64,000 nucleotides of DNA from an uncultured Candidatus Saccharibacteria bacterium (GCA_964394435.1 CAYMXN010000002.1:78196-142195); one strand, 5' to 3'. Counted from the stretch's first letter, positions 1 to 9,124 are shown. Numbers and translations are program-made. The notes: a model not told the origin generated them from the sequence alone.

Positions 1-4
1 CAAG

Positions 5-265
5 ATGGAAGATGTGGGAGAGACGGGGCCCGACCACCGACCCCCGCCCCGCAAAGCGTATAGTCGAGTGATCAGTATTCTCGGTGGCCTCTCGGCTGAC
101 CTGGAATCCTTCCTACAAATCGTCACTGACAAGGATGTGCAGGCGATGGTAAGGTATCGCCCAGAGGAAGATCGCCAGAAACTCATGGCTGCCATTGCTG
201 CCGCCCGCGAGAATCTAGATACTCTCGAAACGGCTATCAAAAAGGCATTGGGTCCCCACCGTTAG
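5..265 (+). CDS. Hypothetical protein encoded in a GC-rich segment. The N-terminus may lie upstream of the window start.
   Basis: The 86-aa ORF lies in a high-GC patch at 1-312 that contrasts with the roughly 45% GC of flanking DNA. It is followed by a strong intrinsic terminator. No recognisable domain. Confidence 0.35.
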   Translation: MEDVGETGPDHRPPPRKAYSRVISILGGLSADLESFLQIVTDKDVQAMVRYRPEEDRQKLMAAIAAARENLDTLETAIKKALGPHR

Positions 266-267
266 TT

Positions 268-312
268 CCCCCGCCCCGAAGGTGCACGTGCGCACTTTCG
301 GGGCTTTTTTAT
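268..312 (+). terminator. Rho-independent terminator.
   Basis: GC hairpin ccccgaaggtgcacgtgcgcactttcgggg followed by cttttttatt. Confidence 0.7.
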
Positions 313-333
313 TAAGTGCTATACTGGGTATAT

Positions 334-1110
334 ATGAAAAAATCTACACTTTGGCTCTTAATTGCAGTTGTAGCTATTGGTGCCGTTATATTTATCAGTA
401 ATAAGCCCCAACAGCCAGCGGAAGAGATGGCTACCCAGCCAACTACGCCAGCGGAAGAGGCCCAGCCGACGACCCCAACCCCTACTCCAACCCAGGGTGG
501 AAGCGCAGGCACTCCAGGTAAGGCGAACGCACTCGTAGTCAAAGATCAGACTCCGGGAGCAAATGTCGTTATCGAAAGCGCGACGCTCGACCGTGCGGGC
601 TTTGTCGTCATCCATGAAGATAACCGTGGCAGTGTTGGTCGCGTACTAGCGATGAGCAACTATCTCCCTGCGGGAACTTCGAAAAATATCAACATCATCC
701 TCGCGACCGCACCTGGCTCCGGATACTTCGCGATGCTCCACGCCGATATTGATGGCGACAAGTCGTTTTCGCAAAACATCGATGTAGCGCTTAATGATGT
801 AGCTGGAAAACCAGTGGCGGTTGAGTTTTACGCTAACGCAGCCACTACCACTTCAGGCAAAACCGTTGTCGTACACATGAAGAACTTTGCCTTTGACCCG
901 ATCAGCGTAACGATCAACCGTGGCGACCTGGTCACCTTCATCAATGATGACTCGGCGGTCCACACAGCGACCGCGAACATCTTTGGCGGCAGCCACACCA
1001 TTACTACCGGCAAGTCATACACCTTTGACAGCAAAAACACTGCGGCGGGAACGTATACCTATACCTGCGACCTACACCCGGGCATGAAAGGAACGATTGT
1101 TATCAAGTAG
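334..1110 (+). CDS. Membrane-anchored or secreted blue-copper (type 1 cupredoxin) domain protein.
   Basis: N-terminal signal/TM MKKSTLWLLIAVVAIGAVIF, then a Pro/Thr-rich linker. The C-terminal plastocyanin/azurin-like motif is H...C..H....M (HTATAN...YTCDLHPGMKGTIVIK). The first ATG at 316 overlaps a TATACT -10 box, so 334 is the more likely start. Confidence 0.7.
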   Translation: MKKSTLWLLIAVVAIGAVIFISNKPQQPAEEMATQPTTPAEEAQPTTPTPTPTQGGSAGTPGKANALVVKDQTPGANVVIESATLDRAGFVVIHEDNRGSVGRVLAMSNYLPAGTSKNINIILATAPGSGYFAMLHADIDGDKSFSQNIDVALNDVAGKPVAVEFYANAATTTSGKTVVVHMKNFAFDPISVTINRGDLVTFINDDSAVHTATANIFGGSHTITTGKSYTFDSKNTAAGTYTYTCDLHPGMKGTIVIK

Positions 1111-1146
1111 CCCCTACACAAAAAACGCCGGATGGCGTCTTTTGTT

Positions 1147-1959
1147 TTATTTCAGAAATCCTTCATTTTCTAGATCTCGAAGCGCTTTTTTGATTTGAGC
1201 AGCAGATTTGTTATATTTCCTCGCGAATACTTTTTCATCCAAAGGCTCACCTTTTAAAAATGCACGGATCAGTGCACCACGCAACTGCCGATTCGAACCA
1301 GAAAACTTCGCCTGCTTATTATAATGAGCACTCTTGCGATTTGGATTTTCAACCTTGCTCGTTAGGTGCGAGCCATAATCCATAAGCGCGTAGTACCACT
1401 CGCGGATATTTTCCTTCGGTAATGTTTTTTCAACTAACTCTAAAATCTGTTCATCGTGCACATTCTTTTTATCAGCAAAAAAGTGGTGAATAAAAACTCG
1501 GCGGATGTTAGTCTCAATAAAGATACTCGGCAGGTTAAAGGCGAACGCGCGAATCGAGCCGGCGGTGTTTGGGCCTATGCCCGGCAAGGCGTCTAAATCC
1601 CTCATATCCCTTGGTAATTGGCCCTTATAGAGGTGCATCACCTCTTGGGCGAGCTTACGGAGGTTGAGCGCCCGGCGGTTATACCCCATGCCCTGCCAAA
1701 CCTTCAAAAGCTCTGTCGTATCAGCCTTCGCGAGCGCTTCAAAATTTGGAAATGCTTTAATAAATTCAGGGAGTTTTTTCTCAACGCGACTTACCTGTGT
1801 TTGCTGGAGCATCACTTCTGAAACGACGATAATATATGGGTCGAGCGCTCCATCTTTGTGCGGCTTTAATACTGGAGGCCTCCACGAGAGCTGCCTGCCC
1901 TGTTTGTGATAATAATCCCAAATATACCCCTTAAACCTCTTCAGCTTCAGCGAGGTCAT
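1147..1959 (-). CDS. HhH-GPD superfamily DNA glycosylase (MutY/Nth family, adenine glycosylase-like).
   Basis: HhH-GPD motif LPGIGPNTAGSI followed by a Gly/Pro-rich loop and Asp. There is no C-terminal 4Cys FeS cluster loop. It overlaps the downstream NUDIX gene by 29 nt, suggesting an operon. Confidence 0.6.
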   Translation of the reverse strand: MTSLKLKRFKGYIWDYYHKQGRQLSWRPPVLKPHKDGALDPYIIVVSEVMLQQTQVSRVEKKLPEFIKAFPNFEALAKADTTELLKVWQGMGYNRRALNLRKLAQEVMHLYKGQLPRDMRDLDALPGIGPNTAGSIRAFAFNLPSIFIETNIRRVFIHHFFADKKNVHDEQILELVEKTLPKENIREWYYALMDYGSHLTSKVENPNRKSAHYNKQAKFSGSNRQLRGALIRAFLKGEPLDEKVFARKYNKSAAQIKKALRDLENEGFLK

Positions 1960-2401
1960 AACTCAATATCGTCTTGTAGTCCTTAAATCGAAATGTTCCT
2001 TTAAATTTTTTGCCAGCGAGTAAAAGTGGCATCCAGAACTTGTCGTCAGCCCACATATCGGCAAATGGGATATCTTTATGATTAAACCACTGTGGACGCA
2101 TCTCTTCAGTTTCGATCGCATTGCCAGTAAAACCTGGAACAGCAAATACATGCGTCTGCCATGTCTCACCGACTTCTTCGTAGATGAAGGTAAATACTCC
2201 TCGTTTTTCTAAATTATTAAGCTTAATCCCCGACTCTTCCTCGAGCTCGCGTAGTGCGCCCTGCTCCGGCGTCTCACCATCGGCAAGCTTGCCACCATAC
2301 CCGTTCCACTTGCCCGTCGCAAACCCGCGCTTTTTCATTCCTAATAAAATCTGCTGGTCGTTATACAAGAGCACTAATGTAGTTGGTTTTTTCTGAATCA
2401 T
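1931..2401 (-). CDS. NUDIX hydrolase, MutT/MTH1-like 8-oxo-dGTP diphosphatase.
   Basis: Nudix box GGKLADGETPEQGALRELEEESGI. The C-terminal DMWADDKFWMPLLL resembles the MTH1/NUDT1 substrate-recognition region. Confidence 0.65.
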   Translation of the reverse strand: MIQKKPTTLVLLYNDQQILLGMKKRGFATGKWNGYGGKLADGETPEQGALRELEEESGIKLNNLEKRGVFTFIYEEVGETWQTHVFAVPGFTGNAIETEEMRPQWFNHKDIPFADMWADDKFWMPLLLAGKKFKGTFRFKDYKTILSYDLAEAEEV

Positions 2402-2427
2402 ATGCCTTAAGCCTACTGTAAATCAAA

Positions 2428-2455
2428 AACCGGTACAATATACCGGTTTTTGAAA
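2428..2455. terminator. Bidirectional intrinsic terminator.
   Basis: Palindrome aaaaaccggtacaatataccggttttt with an A/T run on both sides. Confidence 0.6.
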
Positions 2456-2456
2456 T

Positions 2457-2576
2457 TTACTTACCTTTGCGGCGACTCTTGGCGCGACGACGATTCGTTG
2501 AACTGTGCGCCCTGCGCTTAAGTACGCGCTTATTTTTACGAGTCGTGCGCTTAGTGCGCTTTCCTGCTTTTGTCAT
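2457..2576 (-). CDS. Small, extremely basic 39-aa protein, possibly ribosomal-protein-like.
   Basis: ORF MTKAGKRTKRTTRKNKRVLKRRAHSSTNRRRAKSRRKGK has about 50% Arg/Lys. Its stop codon abuts the bidirectional terminator. It was missed by the 60-aa ORF cutoff. Confidence 0.35.
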   Translation of the reverse strand: MTKAGKRTKRTTRKNKRVLKRRAHSSTNRRRAKSRRKGK

Positions 2577-2596
2577 ATGTAATGAGAATAGCGCAC

Positions 2597-3220
2597 TTAC
2601 GATTTCGCCACAAGATGCGGCAACTCAACAATAAACCATTGCCAGATAAAATGCTTACTTGGTTCGCTGACATATTTGCGAACTTTCCATCCCCTCGTTT
2701 CAAAAAAGCTTTGCGCTTTTTCCCTCTCCCAGAACTCGAAATGTCGATTATCTCCAGCCGCATGCTCCTGCAGCCTTCTCATTGGAATCCGAATATAGCC
2801 AAATGCACCCGGTTTCATAATACTCTCGATATTCTCAAGCATCTTCGGCCATTTTTCCTCCTGTATATGCATTAAAACCGACCCTGCAAAAAATCCATCA
2901 TACTTTTTCTTTGGTAACCCCTTATTGTCACTAATATCTCCTTGATGAAATACTAAATTTGGATATCTTCGCTTAGCAATTGCCAGCAATTTTTTACTAA
3001 TGTCAAACCCCTCATAAGATACTTTGTTCCCGAAACCTAAAAACATTGGCACGGCCGATCCATGCGCACAACCAATTTCCAAAATCTTCCCACCTTTTTT
3101 GAGGAACGGAAGCAGTGCGCGTAATCCCTTTTCATGAAAAAATGGCGTGTCTTTTTCTGTCGCCCACCACTCTGCTTTTTGATCATACCAAGCTGCATTT
3201 TGCTTTTGTAAAATATCCAT
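2597..3220 (-). CDS. Class I SAM-dependent methyltransferase.
   Basis: Motif I ILEIGCAHGS and the post-I acidic residue, in a typical ~200-aa small-molecule/RNA methyltransferase fold. Confidence 0.6.
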   Translation of the reverse strand: MDILQKQNAAWYDQKAEWWATEKDTPFFHEKGLRALLPFLKKGGKILEIGCAHGSAVPMFLGFGNKVSYEGFDISKKLLAIAKRRYPNLVFHQGDISDNKGLPKKKYDGFFAGSVLMHIQEEKWPKMLENIESIMKPGAFGYIRIPMRRLQEHAAGDNRHFEFWEREKAQSFFETRGWKVRKYVSEPSKHFIWQWFIVELPHLVAKS

Positions 3221-3278
3221 TTTCTTTAGAATAGCATTTTCCTCTGATTTTGCTAAACTTAGCCCATATACAACTTCT

Positions 3279-4259
3279 ATGCCTAAACCAGTTATTATCT
3301 CGGGAATTCAGCCGTCCGGGCGGCTCCACATTGGCAACTACCTTGGTGCGATGAAGAACTTTCTCGCCCTGCAAAATGAGGGAAAGTATCAGTGCCTCTT
3401 TTTTATCGCCGATTTGCACTCCCTCACTGAAACGTACGAGGCGAATGAAAAAGCTAATCAAATTCAGGACTTAGCCATCTCATATCTCGCCGCCGGGCTC
3501 AACCCGAAGAAATCAGTTCTCTTTATTCAGTCGCACGTCCCAGCCCATACCGAACTCGGGTGGATTTTTAACACGATTACACCAATGGGCGAGCTGGAGC
3601 GTATGACGCAGTATAAGGACAAAGCAGAGCGAGCTGGAAACAATGTCGGCCTCTTCGCCTACCCCGTCTTAATGGCGGCAGACATTTTGCTCTACGACAG
3701 CGCAGCCGTGCCGGTTGGCAACGACCAAGACCAGCACCTCGAGCTCACTCGTACGATCGCACGTAAGTTTAATAACCGCTTCGGGCAAACGTTTGTCGAA
3801 CCAAAATCGGTTATCACCTCTACCCCGCGCGTTATGAGTCTAGACGACCCGATGAAAAAAATGAGCAAGAGCCGCCCAGCTGGATGTCTATTTATTGATG
3901 ACGAGCCGGAAGTGATTAAGAAAAAAATTATGTCCGCGGTTACTGACTCGGGCAAAGAGATACTCTTTAGTCCGGAAGCAAAGCCAGGCATTGCGAACCT
4001 CCTAATGATTACCGAGGCGATTACGGGCAAACCGATCGCTGAACTTGAACAGATGTTTGCGGGCAAGAACTATGGTGAGTTTAAAGCCTTTGTCGCCGAA
4101 GCAGTAGCTGACTACTTCGCTCCATTTCGAGCAGCGAAAGCTAAGCTGATGAAGAATCCGAAAAAAGCGCTCGCTGAATTTACTAAGGGAGCGAAGAAAG
4201 CCACCGTGCTCGCAACGAAGAAAATGAAAGAGGTAAAGAAAAAAGTCGGCCTTATTTAA
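3279..4259 (+). CDS. trpS: Tryptophanyl-tRNA synthetase.
   Basis: HIGH-type motif PSGRLHIGNYLGA and KMSKS; a class I Trp/Tyr-type enzyme of about 326 aa. Confidence 0.85.
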   Translation: MPKPVIISGIQPSGRLHIGNYLGAMKNFLALQNEGKYQCLFFIADLHSLTETYEANEKANQIQDLAISYLAAGLNPKKSVLFIQSHVPAHTELGWIFNTITPMGELERMTQYKDKAERAGNNVGLFAYPVLMAADILLYDSAAVPVGNDQDQHLELTRTIARKFNNRFGQTFVEPKSVITSTPRVMSLDDPMKKMSKSRPAGCLFIDDEPEVIKKKIMSAVTDSGKEILFSPEAKPGIANLLMITEAITGKPIAELEQMFAGKNYGEFKAFVAEAVADYFAPFRAAKAKLMKNPKKALAEFTKGAKKATVLATKKMKEVKKKVGLI

Positions 4260-4271
4260 TCCCCTACTCGT

Positions 4272-4550
4272 ATGTTTGGATTTGGTAAATCAAAAGAGTC
4301 TGATATGCAGCCGATTGAAGCTTCGTCGTCTCCGGAGTCATTGCGTGCTCCTCAAGTCGGTGACCCAGTAGTCATTATCGGTAAGGAAAATGAGATTTGG
4401 AGTTTTGACTCCCAGTAGGTTATCGATGGCGACATTATTGCGAATTTGAGCCGAGCTGAAGACGATCGAGATATCTTTGTTAAAGTACCGCTCGCCTCTA
4501 TCCGCCTTTATGTCGAGCCACCAGCAAAGCGACCAAAACGTGCAGCCTAA
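4272..4550 (+). pseudogene. Small ORF interrupted by an in-frame TAG at 4416-4418. Possible pseudogene or two micro-ORFs.
   Basis: The reading frame continues for 44 codons after the TAG: MFGFGKSK...WSFDSQ*VIDGDIIANLSRAED...KRPKRAA. It is followed by a terminator. Confidence 0.25.
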
Positions 4551-4552
4551 TC

Positions 4553-4590
4553 AAGACACCCAGCAAACGCTGGGTGTTTTGATTATTATT
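4553..4590. terminator. Intrinsic terminator, likely bidirectional.
   Basis: Hairpin acacccagcaaacgctgggtgt followed by tttgattattatttt. Confidence 0.55.
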
Positions 4591-5323
4591 TTACTTGAGC
4601 GAGTGGTCCGTTTGGGTTCACGAATTCTCTGATTTGGTCGAGCCGAAATACTACTTTCTGCTGACCGGCCGCATATGCGGCTACGCGATTTGGATTAAAT
4701 ACTACTACGAAACTACCTGGGGTGATGAGAAACACCTGATAGTTATCTGGTTGTGGCGAGGCGCCTTCTTTAATCCAGCGCGCGCCTACTCCTGTTCCTA
4801 ATTTAGTCTTTAGGCTCTCGGTAGCTATCGCGCTTAGCTTCTTTAAGTAATTCTCGCCAATAAATAAATCACTTAGCTGAATATGCTTCTTTCCAATCAA
4901 GTCATAATTAATACTTATCTCATAATTAGTCGGCTTACTCTCGGCGGCGAGCTGACTCGAGATTAAAAACTCGATACTCGCAACTTTAGTGGTTATAAGT
5001 GGCACGCCATACCGAATCGTAAGCGTACTAAATCGCTCCGAACTTGAAGTGTAGTCTTTTAGCGCACGCTCCCTAAACTCTGCGACTGTCTTTGTAATTA
5101 ATTCGGCGATCTCATTGTTTAGGCTTGTTTCTGCGGCTTCGTCCTTAAAACCAGAAAACTGTGGATACTCCGCATTAATGGTGTAGTGATCTTTAATTGA
5201 GCGATCAATTGTCCGATACTTTTCGTATCCAGGCATCGCAGTTCGGTCGGCGATAAGATAGATAAATATGCCGGCGATGATAACAGGAAGAAGATAGAGT
5301 AGTTTGCGCATATAGAAAATCAT
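4586..5323 (-). CDS. Membrane-anchored DUF3298/DUF4163-like (RsiV-like) protein.
   Basis: An N-terminal TM (LLYLLPVIIAGIFIYLIA) followed by a soluble domain. The longer ORF to 5380 abuts ileS, so an internal Met (MIFY/MRKLL) is the likely start. Confidence 0.45.
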   Translation of the reverse strand: MIFYMRKLLYLLPVIIAGIFIYLIADRTAMPGYEKYRTIDRSIKDHYTINAEYPQFSGFKDEAAETSLNNEIAELITKTVAEFRERALKDYTSSSERFSTLTIRYGVPLITTKVASIEFLISSQLAAESKPTNYEISINYDLIGKKHIQLSDLFIGENYLKKLSAIATESLKTKLGTGVGARWIKEGASPQPDNYQVFLITPGSFVVVFNPNRVAAYAAGQQKVVFRLDQIREFVNPNGPLAQVK

Positions 5324-5382
5324 ATCATACCTCACATAATCAACGCGCCCGGCTCGATATCGAGCCGGGCGCGCTTTCATTT

Positions 5383-8300
5383 CTATATTTTCCTTAGACC
5401 AATCCAGATCGGAGCATCGTCGAGCTTGCTCTCAAGCTGAATATCAAACTTTTCTGATTTCTTCATCTCGAGCTGCCCCGCACCCACCGCTTTCTTAAGT
5501 TGGATGGAGTTGCGCTGAACAACATCAAACAGTTTATCAGCGGCCTCAATCATCAGTACAATCTCGTCGCCAACCTGATACCCGGCGTCTTGGCGCAATC
5601 CCTGAATCGTACGTACAAGCTCACGTACCATACCCTCTTCTTTGAGTTCGGCGGTAAGCTCGGTGTCGAGGATAATCCCCTTGCCTTCAGGAAGCTGCTC
5701 GGCAAACAAAATCTTTTTGACGTTAATTTCGTCTTTGAGAATCGCCATCAGCTCATCATCGGCGTACTCTTCAAATGCACCCTTTTTAATCGTTGCGGAA
5801 GCGAGTGGCTGGCGAACCTTAAGCTTGAGTTCAGCACGCAGAGCGAGAGCTTCAGCGGCCAACGCGCGCACCTTCGCCATTTTTTGTGGCAGTAGCTTAT
5901 CCTCCTCATCACCCTCTTCGGCAAACGTCGGCCAGTCAGCGAGGTGGACTGATTTCTGTGCGCCACCTACCGACTGATACAACGCGTCGGAGAAAAACGG
6001 CATAAATGGAGCGAGCAAACGACTGATTGTTTCGAGTGCGAGACGCAACGTATGCGAAGCTGCCTCGTGGTCTTGCTCCTCGTCAGTGCTTCCCGATTGG
6101 AAACGATCGCGACTTCGACGGATATACCAGCGCGAGAGATCGTCAGCAAACGCTTCGATTAAACGGCCAGCCTCGCCAATCTGATACGCATCGAGCTTAG
6201 TCGTCACCTCTTTAGTGAGTGTGCTTAGCGAAGCGAGAATCCAACGGTCGAGTACGTGCTTAATCTTCGGCTCACCCTTACGCGCACTCTCATGTTTTCC
6301 ATAACTATTCCAAAATACAAATGAGTTGTAGATGATGAGAATAAACTTGCGCGTGATTTTAGCTAGATCGTCTTCAGTAAAGCGCTTTGAATCACCTGGG
6401 TCGTTGATCGTATAGAAGTACCAGCGCAGCACGTCGGCTCCGTACTTTTTCATAATCATCATCGGATCGACGATGTTCCCCTTACTCTTGCTCATCTTGA
6501 TACCGTTTTTATCGAGCACTAGACCAAGACAGATGACATTTTTATACGCTGGTTCAAGACCGAGTGCGGTCGACATTGCCAAGAGTGTATAGAACCAACC
6601 GCGCGTCTGATCAACTGCTTCGGCGATATAATCGGCCGGATAGTCGAGTTGCTTAAATAACTGCTTCGCCTCTTCGGAAGTTGGTCGCTTGCCGTCTTTA
6701 GTGAGTGCGTACGGGAAGTTTACTGATGCGTATGGCATCGCTCCAGACTCGAGCCAGACGTCGAGCACCTCTTTAATACGCTGCATCGGTTTTTTACAAG
6801 ATGGACATGCGATATGCACCTCGTCGACAAACGGACGGTGTAAATCAAGCGCACCCTCTCTGTTTACCGGCCAGTTGTTAACCGTAAGTTCTTTGTGATG
6901 ATCATGCGCTGGATAGTAATCAGAAGCGAGTGCCTCTTCATTAGTCATTCCCCGTAAGCTTGCATCGAGCAGCCAGAGTGGGTCACCATGACCAACGATG
7001 ACAATACGCTTATTGCTGTATTTTTTATTAACGTCATTAAAGAAGTCCATCATGCGCTTGCGCACTTCAGTGAGCGTCTCCGCCTTTCCCTTTGGACGCA
7101 CCGTAAAACGCTCCAACTTGTTATTGAAGAACGCGTGATACGCTGGAACCATCGCCCGGTTGTACTCACCTACCTGAATCTCACCAATACGCTTATCAAT
7201 AATCACCTTTGCCTTAGTCGCTTTTGCGATGATTTTTGCGGTCTCTTTCGTGCGAGCGTACGGCGAACAGATAATAAGATCTATTTTTTCTTTCTTGAGC
7301 TTGCCAGCAATATTTTCCGCCTGTCTGACTCCCTTTTCGGTAAGGTGCGAAGCGTTTTTGGCTGTCTCGACTCCGGAAGCTATCCAGTTTTCAACGTTAT
7401 GCTGCGCCTCGGCGTGACGCACTGCAAAGAAACGATTATGACTGACTGCGCGGTCGTTAAGCTCCTGTCGTCCGCTGATTACGATATGCTTTTCGCAATC
7501 TGCGCACTCCCAAATTGGAATTGGCGCACCCCAGTAGCGATTGCGCGAGATAGACCAGTCTTTCAAATCTTTTAGCCACTCACCAAAACGCCCCTCCTTA
7601 ATATTTGCCGGAGTCCAGTTAATCTTTTGGTTGTTCTTGAGCATCTGGTCGCGCAACTTGCTCATCTCAATAAACCAGGAGCTGCGAACCATATACACAA
7701 GCGCACTATTACAGCGCCAGCAGTGTGGATACTCGTGCTCGATCTCGCCCTGCTGATATAACAACCCACGCTTAATCAAATCGGCAACAACGTCGCTATC
7801 CGCTTGCTTGATATACTTTCCAGCGCCTGGATACCCCTTGCCCATCTTGCCCTGATCATCAATGGTCATTGGTAGCCCCTCTTTGATACCCATCAACTTA
7901 AAGTCTTCTTCTCCAAATGATGGAGCGATGTGTACGATACCCGAACCGTCTTCGGTCGAAACGAAATCACCCGCACGGACTTTGTATAGGTCGGCGAGTT
8001 TCAGCTTTGGATGTTTGGCCTTGAGCGGATAGAGCGGGACGTATTTTTTGCCAACGAGTTTTTTTCCAATAACCGCTTCGAGCTCTTTAACCTCATACCC
8101 TTCACGCGCAGCTGGCGTATTGTACGCGTACAAGTACTCGATTGTTCCCGTATCGACTTTCTTTACCTCAAACTTTTTGTACGTCAGCCTTGGGTTAATC
8201 GCCAATGCTAAGTTACCCGGAAGTGTCCACGGTGTCGTAGTCCAGGCCAAGAAGTAGGTTTTTGGTTTTTTCTTCGATGTTCCAGCCTCTTTAAGCTCAA

Positions 8301-8934
8301 ACTTTACGAACAACGATGGGTCTTTAGTTGGGCGATACGCTCCCGGCTGACCAAGCTCGTGGCTACTAAGCGGAGTCTGGCATCGCGTACACCATGGAAC
8401 GGTGCGAAGCATCTTCTTAAGCAATCCGGTTTTATTTATCTCTGATAAGAGCCACCAGATACTTTCGATGTAACGGTTTTCGTAGGTTACATACGGGTTC
8501 TTCATATCAAGCCAAAAACCCATACGCTCGGTGCTCGCCTCAAACTCACTGCGATAGCGCCACACAAGCTCCTTACACTTTGCGTTAAACTCGGCGATAC
8601 CGTACTTTTCAATTTCACTCTTATTTTTCATTCCGAGCTCCTTTTCAGTCTGGAGCTCGACCGGCAAACCGTGCGTGTCCCAGCCGGCTTTACGTGGAAC
8701 GTTAAAGCCACGCATCGTTTTGTAGCGCGGAATGACATCCTTAAAGGCACGCGCCTCGATGTGGTGAATACCCGGCATACCGTTGGCGGTTGGTGGGCCT
8801 TCGAAGAATACAAACTTCTTCCCTCCAGCGGAGTTTTTCTTTAGTGATTGTTCGAAAATTTGATTCTGCTTCCAAAAGGCTAATATCTGATCCTCTAACT
8901 CTGGCAATGAGAAATTTTTAAGATTTTTTAACAT
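5383..8934 (-). CDS. ileS: Isoleucyl-tRNA synthetase with an embedded histidine-phosphatase (PGM/SixA-like) domain.
   Basis: Class I HIGH variant PPTANGMPGIHH and KMSKSKGN. A CP1 editing region is present. The IleS-type zinc knuckle reads WECADCEK...ACPSCKK, followed by DLHRPFVDEV...VLDVWLESG. About 190 aa between the two CxxC pairs carry the RHAEAQHN, SPYARTKETA and IVGHG motifs of the histidine phosphatase superfamily. Confidence 0.85.
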   Translation of the reverse strand: MLKNLKNFSLPELEDQILAFWKQNQIFEQSLKKNSAGGKKFVFFEGPPTANGMPGIHHIEARAFKDVIPRYKTMRGFNVPRKAGWDTHGLPVELQTEKELGMKNKSEIEKYGIAEFNAKCKELVWRYRSEFEASTERMGFWLDMKNPYVTYENRYIESIWWLLSEINKTGLLKKMLRTVPWCTRCQTPLSSHELGQPGAYRPTKDPSLFVKFELKEAGTSKKKPKTYFLAWTTTPWTLPGNLALAINPRLTYKKFEVKKVDTGTIEYLYAYNTPAAREGYEVKELEAVIGKKLVGKKYVPLYPLKAKHPKLKLADLYKVRAGDFVSTEDGSGIVHIAPSFGEEDFKLMGIKEGLPMTIDDQGKMGKGYPGAGKYIKQADSDVVADLIKRGLLYQQGEIEHEYPHCWRCNSALVYMVRSSWFIEMSKLRDQMLKNNQKINWTPANIKEGRFGEWLKDLKDWSISRNRYWGAPIPIWECADCEKHIVISGRQELNDRAVSHNRFFAVRHAEAQHNVENWIASGVETAKNASHLTEKGVRQAENIAGKLKKEKIDLIICSPYARTKETAKIIAKATKAKVIIDKRIGEIQVGEYNRAMVPAYHAFFNNKLERFTVRPKGKAETLTEVRKRMMDFFNDVNKKYSNKRIVIVGHGDPLWLLDASLRGMTNEEALASDYYPAHDHHKELTVNNWPVNREGALDLHRPFVDEVHIACPSCKKPMQRIKEVLDVWLESGAMPYASVNFPYALTKDGKRPTSEEAKQLFKQLDYPADYIAEAVDQTRGWFYTLLAMSTALGLEPAYKNVICLGLVLDKNGIKMSKSKGNIVDPMMIMKKYGADVLRWYFYTINDPGDSKRFTEDDLAKITRKFILIIYNSFVFWNSYGKHESARKGEPKIKHVLDRWILASLSTLTKEVTTKLDAYQIGEAGRLIEAFADDLSRWYIRRSRDRFQSGSTDEEQDHEAASHTLRLALETISRLLAPFMPFFSDALYQSVGGAQKSVHLADWPTFAEEGDEEDKLLPQKMAKVRALAAEALALRAELKLKVRQPLASATIKKGAFEEYADDELMAILKDEINVKKILFAEQLPEGKGIILDTELTAELKEEGMVRELVRTIQGLRQDAGYQVGDEIVLMIEAADKLFDVVQRNSIQLKKAVGAGQLEMKKSEKFDIQLESKLDDAPIWIGLRKI

Positions 8935-8961
8935 ATGAAATTTAACGGATAAGTTACGAAT

Positions 8962-8990
8962 TATAAATAAAAAACCGCAAGCTAGTGCGG
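8962..8990 (-). terminator. Intrinsic terminator on the minus strand just upstream of the ileS start.
   Basis: Hairpin ccgcaagctagtgcgg followed by a T-run on the minus strand. Confidence 0.5.
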
Positions 8991-9081
8991 CGCGACATCA
9001 CCACAACTAGCTGTATATCAGACAGCAATCGTTGCTATTTCCTATTCCTATGTACATCAACTATAGCAAAAATCTATATAC

Positions 9082-9124
9082 ATGCAAATAATAAGTGCCT
9101 TGTCGAAAGAGCCCGACAAGGCAC
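9082..9124 (-). terminator. Intrinsic terminator for the GC-rich sigma-like gene.
   Basis: Hairpin with an 11-bp stem (gtgccttgtcg-aaagagc-ccgacaaggcac) followed by UUAUUAUUU on the minus strand. Confidence 0.6.

Noticed and set aside
316-333. First ATG of the cupredoxin ORF (MLYWVY...).
   Set aside because: It overlaps the TATACT -10 element. The downstream ATG at 334 begins a canonical signal peptide MKKSTLWLL.
5500-8260. Multiple antisense ORFs of 60-195 aa inside ileS, the Clp gene, pyrG and other genes.
   Set aside because: They lie within well-supported long CDSs on the opposite strand, with no conservation signals or translation start signals.
8935-9095. T-box leader upstream of ileS (and argS).
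   Set aside because: A GUGGUGAUGUCGCG stretch next to a terminator superficially resembles a T-box or antiterminator, but there is no AGGGUGGNACCGCG consensus and no stem I or specifier structure. The leader is too short at about 110 nt.
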